Assembly (NCBI GenBank): GCA_031370645.1
Contig: JANMQV010000006.1
Span: 1 to 64,000 of the forward strand
Source of the DNA: Candidatus Eiseniibacteriota bacterium
GTDB lineage: Bacteria; Eisenbacteria; RBG-16-71-46; SZUA-252
Length of the DNA stretch: 64,000 nucleotides
Reading direction: 5' to 3'
Program-made: the position numbers and the translations under genes
In this document: positions 54,939 through 64,000 of the stretch, piece after piece
Position numbering within the stretch: position 1 is the first letter of the stretch
Layout of the letters: every line of letters begins with the position of its first letter
The notes under the pieces: generated by a model
Databases searched by the model: none
The model's input: the letters and a program-made list of their open reading frames with translations, nothing else
What the model was told of the DNA's origin: nothing

Positions 54939-56024
54939 TCAGTGGACCTGGAGCATGCGGTCGAGCGCTACCCGCGCCCACTTCTTCGTCGTCTCGGGGA
55001 CGCGGATCGGGTTGACCACCTCGCCTCGCACCAGGCTCTCCAGCGCCCAGAGGAGGTTCTGCGGCGAAATTCGGTACATGGTAGCGCAGAGACAGAACTC
55101 TTTCGAGAGGATCACGATGTTTTTCTCGGGCATCTGCTTCGCGAGCCGATTCACGAGATGGTACTCGGTCCCCACGGCCCACTTGGACCCGGCGGGCGCC
55201 TCCCGCAGCGTTCGGATGATGAATTCCGTCGAACCGACCGAGTCGGCCATGGCCACGACTTCGTGGGGCACCTCGGGATGGACGAGGATCTTGACCTCCG
55301 GGTCCTCGGCCCGCCGATCGAGCACGTGCTTCACGTGGAACTTCGTGTGAACCGAGCAACACCCCTTCCAGACGATGACGCGAACAGCCCGGAGCGTCTC
55401 CTCGGAGAGTCCTCCCTGCGGCCTGGCCGGATCCCAGACGGCGATCTCCGCTTCCGGAATTCCCATGGCGATCGCTGTGTTCCGCCCCAAGTGCTCGTCC
55501 GGGAAGAAGAAGATCTTCTCGCGCTGCCTGAACGCCCATTCGAAGATGGCGCGGCAGTTCGAGGAGGTGCAGACGGCGCCGCCGCGCTCCCCGCAGAACG
55601 CCTTCAGCTCGGCCGTCGAATTCATATAGGTGACCGGCGTAACCGAGTGGAGGCCAAGCCGCTCGAGCGTCGCGCCCGCCTCGTAAACGTCCTCGGATTG
55701 GGCCATGTCGGCCATGGAGCAGCCGGCGTTCAGGTCGGGGAGAATGACCGTCTGGTGCGGCGCGCGGAGGATATCGGCGCTCTCCGCCATGAAGTGGACG
55801 CCGCAGAAGACCAGGTAATCCGCGTCGGTTCGTTCCGAGCCAAGGTGCGCCAGCTTGTAGGAATCGCCCGTGATGTCGGCGTGCTGGATGATGTCGTCGC
55901 GCTGGTAGTGATGCCCCAGGACGATCAACCGCTTCCCCAGAGCGCGCTTCGCCTCGGCGATCCGCGAGGCGAGCGCGGCGTCATCCAGCGAAAGGTAGAC
56001 TTCGGGCAAAAGCGTTCGAGTCAT
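54939..56024 (-). CDS. nadA: Quinolinate synthase
   Basis: LGHHYQ, GDSY, FCGVHFMAE, AGCSMA, YMNS, CTSSN, PDEHLG, CSVH, HPE, GTE, CATM. Confidence 0.96.
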   Translation of the reverse strand: MTRTLLPEVYLSLDDAALASRIAEAKRALGKRLIVLGHHYQRDDIIQHADITGDSYKLAHLGSERTDADYLVFCGVHFMAESADILRAPHQTVILPDLNAGCSMADMAQSEDVYEAGATLERLGLHSVTPVTYMNSTAELKAFCGERGGAVCTSSNCRAIFEWAFRQREKIFFFPDEHLGRNTAIAMGIPEAEIAVWDPARPQGGLSEETLRAVRVIVWKGCCSVHTKFHVKHVLDRRAEDPEVKILVHPEVPHEVVAMADSVGSTEFIIRTLREAPAGSKWAVGTEYHLVNRLAKQMPEKNIVILSKEFCLCATMYRISPQNLLWALESLVRGEVVNPIRVPETTKKWARVALDRMLQVH

Positions 56025-56030
56025 CGTTTC

Positions 56031-56059
56031 ATTCTTCGATGCGGCGCGGCGGGCGTCAA
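56031..56059 (-). promoter_or_regulatory. Sigma-70-type promoter, likely leaderless nadA transcript
   Basis: TTGACG-N17-AAGAAT, then 6 nt to the ATG at 56024. Confidence 0.6.
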
Positions 56060-56164
56060 GGGCTTCCCCCCGGAGGGGGCTCGAACCGTGCGCTTCCTTG
56101 CCGCGTCTAAGTTCACAGAACGCGCCTCGTTAGCGGTCCGTGGGCGGGCGCGCCGGGGTTCCCC

Positions 56165-56194
56165 TGGACCGGGCCGCCGAGGGTGCCCTAGAAT
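56165..56194 (+). promoter_or_regulatory. Candidate promoter for korAB
   Basis: TGGACC-N18-TAGAAT about 70 nt upstream of the TTG start. Confidence 0.4.
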
Positions 56195-56264
56195 CGGCGG
56201 CCAGCCCTCCAAGGCCAAACTTCCTGATACTTCCGACGCGGCCATTCACGAAAGGGTTTCCGCT

Positions 56265-58076
56265 TTGAACGCGCCGACTCCGATTCGGGTCAACGAGTTC
56301 AACCTGCACGTGGCGACGGTCAACGGCTCGGGGAGCCAGACCGCCAACACGACGCTGCTCCGTTCCATCTTCCAGATGGGGATTCCGGTCGGCGGGAAGA
56401 ACCTCTTCCCCTCGAACATCGCCGGCCTTCCCACCTGGTTCACAATCCGAGTGAGCGAAAAGGGGTATCTCGCACGTCAGAAGGCGAACGATTTCCTCGT
56501 CGCCCTCAATCCCGAGACCGCCGCCGCCGACATCGCGGCCATGGGACCCGGCTCCGTCATCGTGGTCAACGAGGGCGTTCCGCTTCCTCCGGTGCCCACC
56601 GACCGAACCGTCCATGTCGTTCCACTCACGAAACTGGTCGAGCCGATCGTTCCGGACGCGCGGCTTCGGAAACTGGTCGTGAACATGGTCTACGTCGGCG
56701 TGGTCTGCCACCTCCTCGGCATCGATCCCGAAGAAGTCGACCGGGCGCTCGCGGCACAATTGGGACGGAAGCAAAAGGCGCTCGCGATGAATCGCGAAGC
56801 GATCCGCGCGGGGTTGGAGTTCGGACGCGCGAACCTCGCTCCGGCGCCCTTCCGTGTCGAGCGGAGAAACCTCGTCGGAACGAAGATCCTCATCGAGGGG
56901 AATACGGCCGGCGCGCTCGGAGCCATGTTCGGCGGCGTCACGTTCGCCGCGTGGTACCCGATCACTCCCTCTTCGAGCCTCGCCGAAGCGCTCCAGAACT
57001 ATCTCGATCGCTACCGCCGCGACCCGAAGAGCGGCGCCGCCACGTTCGCGATCCTCCAGGCGGAGGATGAAATCGCGGCGATCGGAATGGTGCTCGGCGC
57101 CTCGTGGGCCGGAGCGCGCGCCATGACGGCGACATCGGGGCCCGGCCTTTCGCTCATGACCGAATTCATCGGCTACGCCTATTACGCCGAGATCCCCGCC
57201 GTGATCTGGGACATCCAGCGGATCGGCCCGAGCACGGGGCTCCCCACCCGGACGTCGCAGGGCGATCTCCTCTCCGTGGCCTTCATGTCGCACGGCGACA
57301 CGAAGCACGTGATGCTCTTCCCTTCCACGGTGGACGACTGCTTCCGCTACGGCATGACCGCCTTCGATCTCGCCGATCGGCTTCAGACGCCCGTCTTCGT
57401 GATGAGCGATCTCGACCTCGGGATGAACATCTGGATGTCGGAGCCGTTCACCTACCCCGAGAAACCCTGGGACCGTGGAAAGGTCTTGAGCGACGAAGAA
57501 ATCGCGCGACTCGGCAAGTTCGAGCGCTACCGCGACTCCGACGGCGACGGCATTCCCTACCGAACCGTCCCGGGACAGAAGCATCCGCTCGCCGCATACT
57601 TCACGCGCGGCTCGGGGCACGACGAGCAGGCGCGCTACACGGAATCGAGCGAGACCTACCCGCGCGTCATGGACCGGCTCTCGAAGAAGTACGACACGGC
57701 TCGGAGGCTCGCGCCGGCGCCGGTCGTCGATCGGACGCCGCGCGCCACCGTGGGGCTCCTCTCCTATGGCTCCACGGCCTGGGCCATGGAAGAGGCGCGC
57801 GATCTTCTCCGTTCCGAGGGGATCGAGACCTCCCACTTGCTCCTGAAGGCCTTTCCCTTCCACCCCGATGTTCGCGCCTACATCGAGTCGTACGAGCGAG
57901 TCTACGTCGTGGAGCAGAATCGCGATGGGCAGATGGCGTCGCTCCTCCGGATGGACATGCCCGATCTGGCGCCGCGGTTCCGCTCCATCCTTCACTATGA
58001 CGGCCTCCCCATCGACGCTGTGACGATTCTCGACGGCGTGCGAAGCGGTGAGCGCGAGGAGGTGACGGTCCGATGA
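56265..58076 (+). CDS. korA: 2-oxoacid:ferredoxin oxidoreductase alpha subunit
   Basis: NGSGSQTAN, FPSNIAGLPTW, YPITPSS, QAEDEIAA, TATSGPG, QRIGPSTGLPT. Start TTG 56265 with AAAGGG RBS; the track's 1116-aa ORF has a spurious 5' half. Confidence 0.92.
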   Translation: MNAPTPIRVNEFNLHVATVNGSGSQTANTTLLRSIFQMGIPVGGKNLFPSNIAGLPTWFTIRVSEKGYLARQKANDFLVALNPETAAADIAAMGPGSVIVVNEGVPLPPVPTDRTVHVVPLTKLVEPIVPDARLRKLVVNMVYVGVVCHLLGIDPEEVDRALAAQLGRKQKALAMNREAIRAGLEFGRANLAPAPFRVERRNLVGTKILIEGNTAGALGAMFGGVTFAAWYPITPSSSLAEALQNYLDRYRRDPKSGAATFAILQAEDEIAAIGMVLGASWAGARAMTATSGPGLSLMTEFIGYAYYAEIPAVIWDIQRIGPSTGLPTRTSQGDLLSVAFMSHGDTKHVMLFPSTVDDCFRYGMTAFDLADRLQTPVFVMSDLDLGMNIWMSEPFTYPEKPWDRGKVLSDEEIARLGKFERYRDSDGDGIPYRTVPGQKHPLAAYFTRGSGHDEQARYTESSETYPRVMDRLSKKYDTARRLAPAPVVDRTPRATVGLLSYGSTAWAMEEARDLLRSEGIETSHLLLKAFPFHPDVRAYIESYERVYVVEQNRDGQMASLLRMDMPDLAPRFRSILHYDGLPIDAVTILDGVRSGEREEVTVR

Positions 58077-59170
58077 GCACCGCCGCGAAGACCCCCGCTC
58101 CCGGCCCGGTCCCCGGCCCCGCGAAGAACCGCATCGGTTTGACGCAGGCCGACTACAAGGGGTCGAAATCGACGCTCTGCCCCGGCTGCGGGCACGACGC
58201 CATCACGAACAGCATCGTCACGGCCGCGTTCGAGATGGGGCTCGAGCCGCATCGCCTGGCGAAGCTCTCCGGCATCGGCTGCTCCAGCAAGACGCCGGCC
58301 TACTTCATGAGCCGGTCGTTCGCGTTCAACGCGGTCCACGGGCGGATGCCTTCCATCGCGACGGGCGTTCATGTGGCGAACCGCGAACTCCAACTGCTCG
58401 GCATTTCGGGCGATGGCGATACCGCGTCGATCGGGATCGGGCAATTCATTCATTTGATCCGGCGGAACATCCCGGTCGCCTACTTGATCGAGAACAACGG
58501 GGTCTACGGACTCACGAAGGGGCAATTCTCCGCCACCGCGGACCTCGGCACCCGCGCGAAGACGGGGCGCGTGAACGAGATGATGCCGATCGATCTCTGC
58601 GCGCTCGCGATCGAACTCGGCTGCGGCTTCGTGGCGCGCTCCTTCAGCGGCGACCCGAAACAGCTTCGCCCGATTCTGAAAGCCGCGCTCTCCCACCGCG
58701 GCACCGCGGTGATCGACATTCTTTCCCCCTGCGTCACGTTCAACAATCACGAGGGCTCGACCAAGTCGTACGACAACGTGAAGGAGCACGACGCGCCGCT
58801 GCACGACATCACCTTCGTTCCGGCGCACGAGCCGATCATGGTCGACTACGCGCCCGGCGAATCGCGCGAAGTGAGGCTTTTCGACGGATCGCGCGTGACG
58901 CTGAAGAAACTGGGCGACGACTACGATCCGAGCGACGGCATGCGCGCCATGGTCACGCTCCGCCAGGCGCGGGAGGAGGGAAAGTTCGTGACGGGCGTGC
59001 TCTACGCGAATCCGGAAAAGACCGCCTTCGATCGCGAGATGGGAATGGTGGAGCAGCCGCTTTCGTCGTTAACGCTGGAGCAGGTGCGGCCCGGACGCGA
59101 GGCGCTCGAGGAGATCATGGCGAGCCTTCGGACCGGTGCCGGGGCGCCCGTCGCGGCGGGCGGAGGCTGA
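58073..59170 (+). CDS. korB: 2-oxoacid:ferredoxin oxidoreductase beta subunit
   Basis: CPGCGH, SGIGCSSK, HGR, TPP motif GDGD...NN, YGLTKGQ, SPCVTFN; ATGA overlap with korA. Confidence 0.93.
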   Translation: MSTAAKTPAPGPVPGPAKNRIGLTQADYKGSKSTLCPGCGHDAITNSIVTAAFEMGLEPHRLAKLSGIGCSSKTPAYFMSRSFAFNAVHGRMPSIATGVHVANRELQLLGISGDGDTASIGIGQFIHLIRRNIPVAYLIENNGVYGLTKGQFSATADLGTRAKTGRVNEMMPIDLCALAIELGCGFVARSFSGDPKQLRPILKAALSHRGTAVIDILSPCVTFNNHEGSTKSYDNVKEHDAPLHDITFVPAHEPIMVDYAPGESREVRLFDGSRVTLKKLGDDYDPSDGMRAMVTLRQAREEGKFVTGVLYANPEKTAFDREMGMVEQPLSSLTLEQVRPGREALEEIMASLRTGAGAPVAAGGG

Positions 59171-59177
59171 TCGGCGC

Positions 59178-59498
59178 CTAACGGCGAGAACGCCGGAAGC
59201 GCTCGGCCACAGCCGCGAGGAGGCGGCGGGCCCAGGGTGCGACGATCATCGAATGAATCGCGCGGGCCATCGCCGGCTGATCCGGCGGTGGCCCGTCGCT
59301 TCTTACGACGAAGACGTCGGGGTCGGGCGTGAAGGTGACGTCGGTGACGTTCGGCAGGGAGCGGAGTGCGGCGTCGGTGCGGCGGACGCAGATGGAATCG
59401 CAGGCTAGTCCCGTGACCCTCACTTCGAGCGCGCCGTCCTCACGGCGCCGGACCGACGCCACCTCGGGTCGCTCGAAGATGTTCCGGAGGCCGGGCAC
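59178..59498 (-). CDS. Small heavy-metal-associated (HMA)-like protein
   Basis: VRVTGLACDSICVRRTDAALRSLPNVTDV resembles the HMA fold with a CxxxC motif; follows the rhomboid stop directly. Confidence 0.55.
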   Translation of the reverse strand: MPGLRNIFERPEVASVRRREDGALEVRVTGLACDSICVRRTDAALRSLPNVTDVTFTPDPDVFVVRSDGPPPDQPAMARAIHSMIVAPWARRLLAAVAERFRRSRR

Positions 59499-60242
59499 CT
59501 ACTCCTCGTCGCGGTTCGGGTCCTCGCCGCGCGTATCGCGATAGTAGAGTTTGAACTTCTTCCGAAGCGCGGCCTGCCGCCTCGACTCCTGCCACTCCTT
59601 CCACGACGGAATCCTTAGCCCCGATCCCGCGCGCCATCCGCGGAGGTAGAGATAGCCGAAGAGCATTCCGCCGAGGTGCGCCACGTGCGCCACGCCGCTC
59701 CCCGAGGCCGAGAGGCTCGACCAGAAGGTGATGAGTCCGAGGATGAGGACAAACCATTTCGCCTTGATCGGCACGATGAAGTAGAGGAGGAGCGTGCGAT
59801 CGGGAAAGAGGATTCCGTAAGCGGCGAGAAGTCCATAGATGGCGCCCGAGGCGCCGATGATCGGAATGTACGAATTCCACGACGCCAGGACCGAGCAGAG
59901 CCCGGCGCCGACGCCCGTCACGAAGTAGAAGAGCGTGAACCGCTCGCTCCCCCACGTCTCCTCCAATTCGCCCCCGAACATCCAGAGCGCGATCATGTTC
60001 AGCGCAAGGTGGAGAATGCCGCCGTGCAGGAAGAGGTAGGTGCCGAGTTGCCAAAGGAAGAAGTGATGCGTGACGTCGTACGGCACGAGTCCGAAGATCT
60101 GATCGAGCCGCGTGTGGGCGAGCGCTTCGGCCAGCACCTGAAACGTGTAGATGACCACGTTCGCGATGAGAAGCGTCTTCACGACCGGTGGGACCGATCC
60201 CCCGAAGCCGGTCCGGCGCTGATCCGACCAGGTCGGTCTCAT
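59499..60242 (-). CDS. Rhomboid intramembrane serine protease
   Basis: WQLGTYLFLH, HLALNM, GASG (Ser), AHLGG (His). ATG 60242 (ATGA overlap). Confidence 0.93.
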   Translation of the reverse strand: MRPTWSDQRRTGFGGSVPPVVKTLLIANVVIYTFQVLAEALAHTRLDQIFGLVPYDVTHHFFLWQLGTYLFLHGGILHLALNMIALWMFGGELEETWGSERFTLFYFVTGVGAGLCSVLASWNSYIPIIGASGAIYGLLAAYGILFPDRTLLLYFIVPIKAKWFVLILGLITFWSSLSASGSGVAHVAHLGGMLFGYLYLRGWRAGSGLRIPSWKEWQESRRQAALRKKFKLYYRDTRGEDPNRDEE

Positions 60243-61549
60243 CGACGGCCCGGTGTGGGCGCGCCGGCCCGGCTCGCGCCCGCCGCCAGGTAGTGCCCCC
60301 GCTCCGCGCTCGTGTCGTCGAACGCCTGGCGGATGAGGGAGTCCTGCTCCACGCGAAATTCGATCTTCCGCCGCTCCATGGCGCGGGCGGCCGTTTCGAT
60401 CATGTCGGTGATCCGGTGCTCCACGAGCGCTTCCGGCGTTCCCCAGACGAACGAGGGAACGTAGGTCGGCTGAAGCGCGGTGCCGTAGAGATTGCAGCCG
60501 ATTCCCACGACGGCGCCGGTCGGGAACGTCGCCCCGATCCCTGTCTTCGTGTAATCCCCGATCGTGAGCCCCAGGAGCCGCTGGCCGCTGTCGGTCGCCG
60601 CGCCCTCGAGCCAGGCGTCGGCCGAGGTAAAATAGCGGACGTTCGAGTAGTTGTTCTTCAGGTCGCTCGTGATCGTCCCGGCGCCCAGGTTGACCCACTC
60701 GCCGACGAAGGAGTGCCCGACGAAACCGTCGTGCTGCTTGTTGGCGTAACCTTGGAAGACCGTTGCCTCCACCTCGCCGCCGATCTTACAGACGGGGCCG
60801 ATCACGGTTCCCTCGCGGATCTGGGCGCCCGCCTTCACCCGCGAGCCCTCCCCGACCACCGCGGGACCTTCGATGTAGGCGAGCGGCTCCACGACCGCGT
60901 TCTCAAGAATGAGGATCGGCCCGCCCTCGGCGTTCAAAACCGCTCCCGGCATGACGCGCGCCCCGCGGGCCACGTGCACCGCGTCGGCCTGTAACAGGTG
61001 AGCCCCGGGATCGATCCGACCGCGAACCGTGCCGGCCTGAAAGGCGTAGCGGAAGTCCTGCACGATTTGGCGCGGGCTCCAACGAATGAGATCCGCGGCC
61101 GAGCGTGCGAGAAACGCGTTCACCTCCGCCGGGTAGCGGAGTTCTTCGAACGCCTTCTCCGGCTCCCCCTCGCGAAGCCAGCGCGCGACGTGCGCGACGC
61201 GGCTCCCCGAGACCTTCGCGGCAAAAAGCGTCCCGTCCGCCATGAAGGAGGCTTCAAGCGGCGAAGCGGCGAGAAAATGGAGCACCTCGTCGTCCGTCAT
61301 GCAGAGCCGTCCGTTGATGAAAAGCGTCTCCTCCTCCGGCGGTTCGCCGACCACCGCAGTCGGGTAGAGGAGCCGCGTCCACTCCTCGAGCTCGGAACGG
61401 ACCATGAGCGCGAGCGTCGCATCAGGAAACGCACGGACGAGCTTCTCGACGAGCGTGAAAGCCCCGCAACGGAGGCCGAAAACGGGCCGGAGGAGCGTGT
61501 GCGGTCCGAAGGAACGAACCGCGGGATCCTCGTAGAGGCAGAGGTTCAT
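60239..61549 (-). CDS. GlmU-like sugar nucleotidyltransferase / hexapeptide acyltransferase (Bacteroidetes-type)
   Basis: PHTLLRPVFGLRCG, INGR, LbH repeats, KIGGEV, NKQHDGFVGHS, EWVNLGAGT, SDLKNNY. Confidence 0.85.
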   Translation of the reverse strand: MNLCLYEDPAVRSFGPHTLLRPVFGLRCGAFTLVEKLVRAFPDATLALMVRSELEEWTRLLYPTAVVGEPPEEETLFINGRLCMTDDEVLHFLAASPLEASFMADGTLFAAKVSGSRVAHVARWLREGEPEKAFEELRYPAEVNAFLARSAADLIRWSPRQIVQDFRYAFQAGTVRGRIDPGAHLLQADAVHVARGARVMPGAVLNAEGGPILILENAVVEPLAYIEGPAVVGEGSRVKAGAQIREGTVIGPVCKIGGEVEATVFQGYANKQHDGFVGHSFVGEWVNLGAGTITSDLKNNYSNVRYFTSADAWLEGAATDSGQRLLGLTIGDYTKTGIGATFPTGAVVGIGCNLYGTALQPTYVPSFVWGTPEALVEHRITDMIETAARAMERRKIEFRVEQDSLIRQAFDDTSAERGHYLAAGASRAGAPTPGRR

Positions 61550-61555
61550 GACTGC

Positions 61556-61596
61556 AGCGTAGAGGCGCGCCCGAAACGCGTCAAGTAAGGTACAAT
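61556..61596. promoter_or_regulatory. Divergent promoter pair, both likely leaderless
   Basis: Minus: TTGACG(61584-61579)-N17-TACGCT-N6-ATG 61549. Plus: TACAAT(61591-61596)-N7-ATG 61604. Confidence 0.7.
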
Positions 61597-61603
61597 GCGC
61601 GCC

Positions 61604-63154
61604 ATGAACGATTCGAAACGGGACGACCCGGCCGCGCCCCCGAGTACAACGAAGAACGGGTCGACGGCTGCCGGCGCTCCCGTAGCGCCGCGCGAACCGT
61701 CGGCCCGCGCGCTTCGCTCACGCGAACATCGAATTCCCCGCCGGCATCGCGTCTTCGTGAATCGGAATCTCCGCATGACGCGCATCCGCGCGATCGGCTT
61801 CGATCTCGATCATACCCTCGCGCACTACGACCCGATCCCGGTCGAAGATCTCGCGTTCGACCTGACGAAGAAGAAACTCGTGGAGTTCCGCGGCTACTCT
61901 CCCGAGATCTTGAAGTTCGCCTATGACCCCCACTTCGTGGTTCGGGGGCTCGTGGTCGACAAGAAGCGCGGAAATCTCCTCAAGATGGACTACTTCAATT
62001 TCGTCTCCCGCGCGACACACGGGCTCACGTCGCTCCGTTCCGAAGAACGGAGGCGGGCGTACCGCACGTCGCGCGTCCGAGTCGGTCACGAGAACTACGT
62101 CTCGGTGGACACGCTCTTCCACCTCCCCGAAGTCTATCTCTACGCGGTTCTCGTCGATTTCCTGGAGAGGCAGAAGCCCGCCGGGGGAGTCGACTACGAA
62201 AAGGTCTACGGCGATGTCCGCGCCATGATCGACGAGGCGCATCGGGACGGGAGCCTCAAGTCGATCATCACGAGCGACCTCGATCGTTACATTCGATTCG
62301 ATCCCGAACTCCGTGTCGTCCTCGAGGAGTTCCGGCGCGCCGGGAAGAAACTCTTCCTCCTGACGAACAGTGAGTGGTCGTACACGGACAAGCTGCTTCG
62401 CCACCTCATGGAGCGGGGGCGCGGCGCGCCGGAGCACTGGTCGGAACTCTTCAACGTCGTCCTGGTCGATGCGCAAAAGCCGGGGTTCTTCGCGGAGACG
62501 GAAGCGCCGTCGCCGATTCCGGAACTGAAGGGGCAGAAACTGGCCGCGATCACCGGGAGCGGAGGAGGCGGAGCGTATCTCGAGCGAGCGCTCGGCGCCG
62601 CCGGCGAGCATGTGCTCTATTTCGGGGATCACACCTACGGCGACATCTTGCAATCGAAGCGGGCCCTCGGCTGGCGCACTGCCATGCTCGTCCCCGAGCT
62701 CGACCGGGAGATTCAGGTAACGCAGGACTACGCCAAGGAGTTCGACCGGCTGTCGAAACTCTCTTCGGAACGTCATCACATCGAGATCGACAAGGCGGCC
62801 GTGGGTCGCGAGCATCGCCGGCTCGCCCAAGTTCTCGCGGACGGTGATACGAACGACGCCGCGAAGCGGGAGGAAATGACGAAGCGGATCGAGGAAATTC
62901 CGGAACAGATCGCCGAGATGGAGCGGCGGAGCCTCGAGCTCTCCGGAGAAATCGAGAGCGTTCAGGTGAAGATCGACCGCGCCTACAATTCGCGTTGGGG
63001 GTCGCTCTTCCGGGAAGGCAACGAGTCGAGCCGCTTCGGACATCAGTTGAAGGACTTCGCCTGCCTCTACACGAGCCGGGTTTCGAACTTCCTTCACTAC
63101 CCCTGGAACTACTACTACCAATCTCCTGTCGGCTACATGCCGCACGATATCTAG
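61604..63154 (+). CDS. HAD-IG family 5'-nucleotidase (cN-II type)
   Basis: GFDLDHTLAHY, RGLVVD, LLTNS, KPGFF, YFGDHTYGDI, WRT, WGSLF. Start 61604 preferred because ATG 61595 overlaps the -10 box. Confidence 0.9.
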   Translation: MNDSKRDDPAAPPSTTKNGSTAAGAPVAPREPSARALRSREHRIPRRHRVFVNRNLRMTRIRAIGFDLDHTLAHYDPIPVEDLAFDLTKKKLVEFRGYSPEILKFAYDPHFVVRGLVVDKKRGNLLKMDYFNFVSRATHGLTSLRSEERRRAYRTSRVRVGHENYVSVDTLFHLPEVYLYAVLVDFLERQKPAGGVDYEKVYGDVRAMIDEAHRDGSLKSIITSDLDRYIRFDPELRVVLEEFRRAGKKLFLLTNSEWSYTDKLLRHLMERGRGAPEHWSELFNVVLVDAQKPGFFAETEAPSPIPELKGQKLAAITGSGGGGAYLERALGAAGEHVLYFGDHTYGDILQSKRALGWRTAMLVPELDREIQVTQDYAKEFDRLSKLSSERHHIEIDKAAVGREHRRLAQVLADGDTNDAAKREEMTKRIEEIPEQIAEMERRSLELSGEIESVQVKIDRAYNSRWGSLFREGNESSRFGHQLKDFACLYTSRVSNFLHYPWNYYYQSPVGYMPHDI

Positions 63155-64000
63155 ACCCGGAGCGCCTCCACCAAGAGTTCCACGGCGCGCGCCACGTGCT
63201 CGGGCGCCATGCGGCGCGAGGGGTAGAGCGAGAGCACGTTCCCACCGCGCCCTCCCGGAAGGACGAGAAGCCCGCGCCGCATCAGGTCGCGACAGATCAT
63301 GGCCGCGCGAGCGGGGTCGGGCGCCTTGGTAGCGGCATCGGACACGAGATCGATCGCGAGCATGAGTCCCGCCTGGCGAACGTCGCCGACACCGCGGCAC
63401 GATTTCACCTCCCTCAAGCCCGATTCGAATCCACGCGCAACCCCCGCCGCTTCCTCCTCCGTCGACTCCAGGAGTGAAAGGGCGGAGAGCGCGCCGGCGC
63501 ACGCGATCGGATGTGCGTAGAACGTGCTCGCGTAGGGCGCCTCGCCCGATGCGGGAAGATGCTTCGCCCAGACTTCCATGACGCGCGGCGTCCCAAGCAG
63601 CGCCGCGATGGCCACGCCTCCTCCGATCCCCTTCCCCGTCACGAGCAAGTCGGGCTCGGCCGCGGCGCCACCGTTCGACCGACTCCACGCCCAGAACGGC
63701 CCGGTCCGCGCAGCCCCGGTCAGGATCTCGTCGTAGATCACGAGCATTCCTCTCGAGCGGGCGCGCGCGACGAGTCGCGGCAAGAACTCGGGTGGCGGCA
63801 CGATAACGCCGGCGCGTCCCTGGATCGGTTCCACGAGAACCGCGCCGGGGGGGTCGGGGCCGTCGCACGCCCTTTCGACTTCCTCCCACCCTTCCTCGAA
63901 GCAGGCGAGGTCGCACCCGCCGCCTTCGCGCTCCAGGGGACAGCGATAGGGATCGGGGAAGGGAATGTGGATCGCGCGACGGGAACCGGGCGGCCGAAGC
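63151..64000 (-). CDS. Class III PLP aminotransferase (5' part outside window)
   Basis: PFPDPYRCP, VEPIQG, YDEILTGAARTG, TGKGIGGG, STF, GLMLAIDLV; convergent 4-bp overlap with the nucleotidase. Confidence 0.88.
   Translation of the reverse strand, partial: LRPPGSRRAIHIPFPDPYRCPLEREGGGCDLACFEEGWEEVERACDGPDPPGAVLVEPIQGRAGVIVPPPEFLPRLVARARSRGMLVIYDEILTGAARTGPFWAWSRSNGGAAAEPDLLVTGKGIGGGVAIAALLGTPRVMEVWAKHLPASGEAPYASTFYAHPIACAGALSALSLLESTEEEAAGVARGFESGLREVKSCRGVGDVRQAGLMLAIDLVSDAATKAPDPARAAMICRDLMRRGLLVLPGGRGGNVLSLYPSRRMAPEHVARAVELLVEALRV

Noticed and set aside
54726-56264. Apparent 513-aa N-terminal extension of KorA
   Set aside because: It is the antisense of nadA and the ferredoxin; real similarity starts near TTG 56265.

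Overview
High-GC (roughly 70% by eye) bacterial chromosomal DNA, densely coding and almost all on the minus strand from 1 to 48.7 kb. I found no rRNA, tRNA, CRISPR array, transposase, integrase or phage gene. Left to right: (1) a Myxococcus/Geobacter-order type IVa pilus locus (pilB-pilT-pilC-pilS-pilR, then two tandem pilins) with a clear sigma-54 promoter; (2) comEA, an outer-membrane barrel paired with a solitary ECF S-component, a PHP protein and an SgmX-like TPR protein; (3) dinG-hutH-hutU-hutI-ftcD; (4) a translationally coupled run of NHL protein, giant beta-barrel, Omp85, ligA, PIG-L deacetylase and PLP decarboxylase; (5) a type IX secretion-like cassette (PorU sortase, PorV shuttle, CTD-bearing M6 metalloprotease, two DUF5683-like proteins) behind dnaE-accA-trm112; (6) housekeeping genes (pyrE, PBP1B, orphan zf-HC2 membrane protein, methyltransferase, 7Fe ferredoxin, nadA, korAB, HMA protein, rhomboid, GlmU-like protein, cN-II nucleotidase, partial class III aminotransferase). 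The gene mix suggests a diderm related to the FCB group but not Bacteroidetes (for example Ca. Eisenbacteria/Krumholzibacteria-like); this is inference only. The strongest lead is the T9SS-like secretion/surface-attachment module next to a possibly SprA-related giant barrel, with exported proteins enriched in the D-(S/T)-hydrophobic O-glycosylation sequon. Several genes also look leaderless or appear to use non-canonical start codons. All family assignments come from motif recognition by eye; no database search was run.
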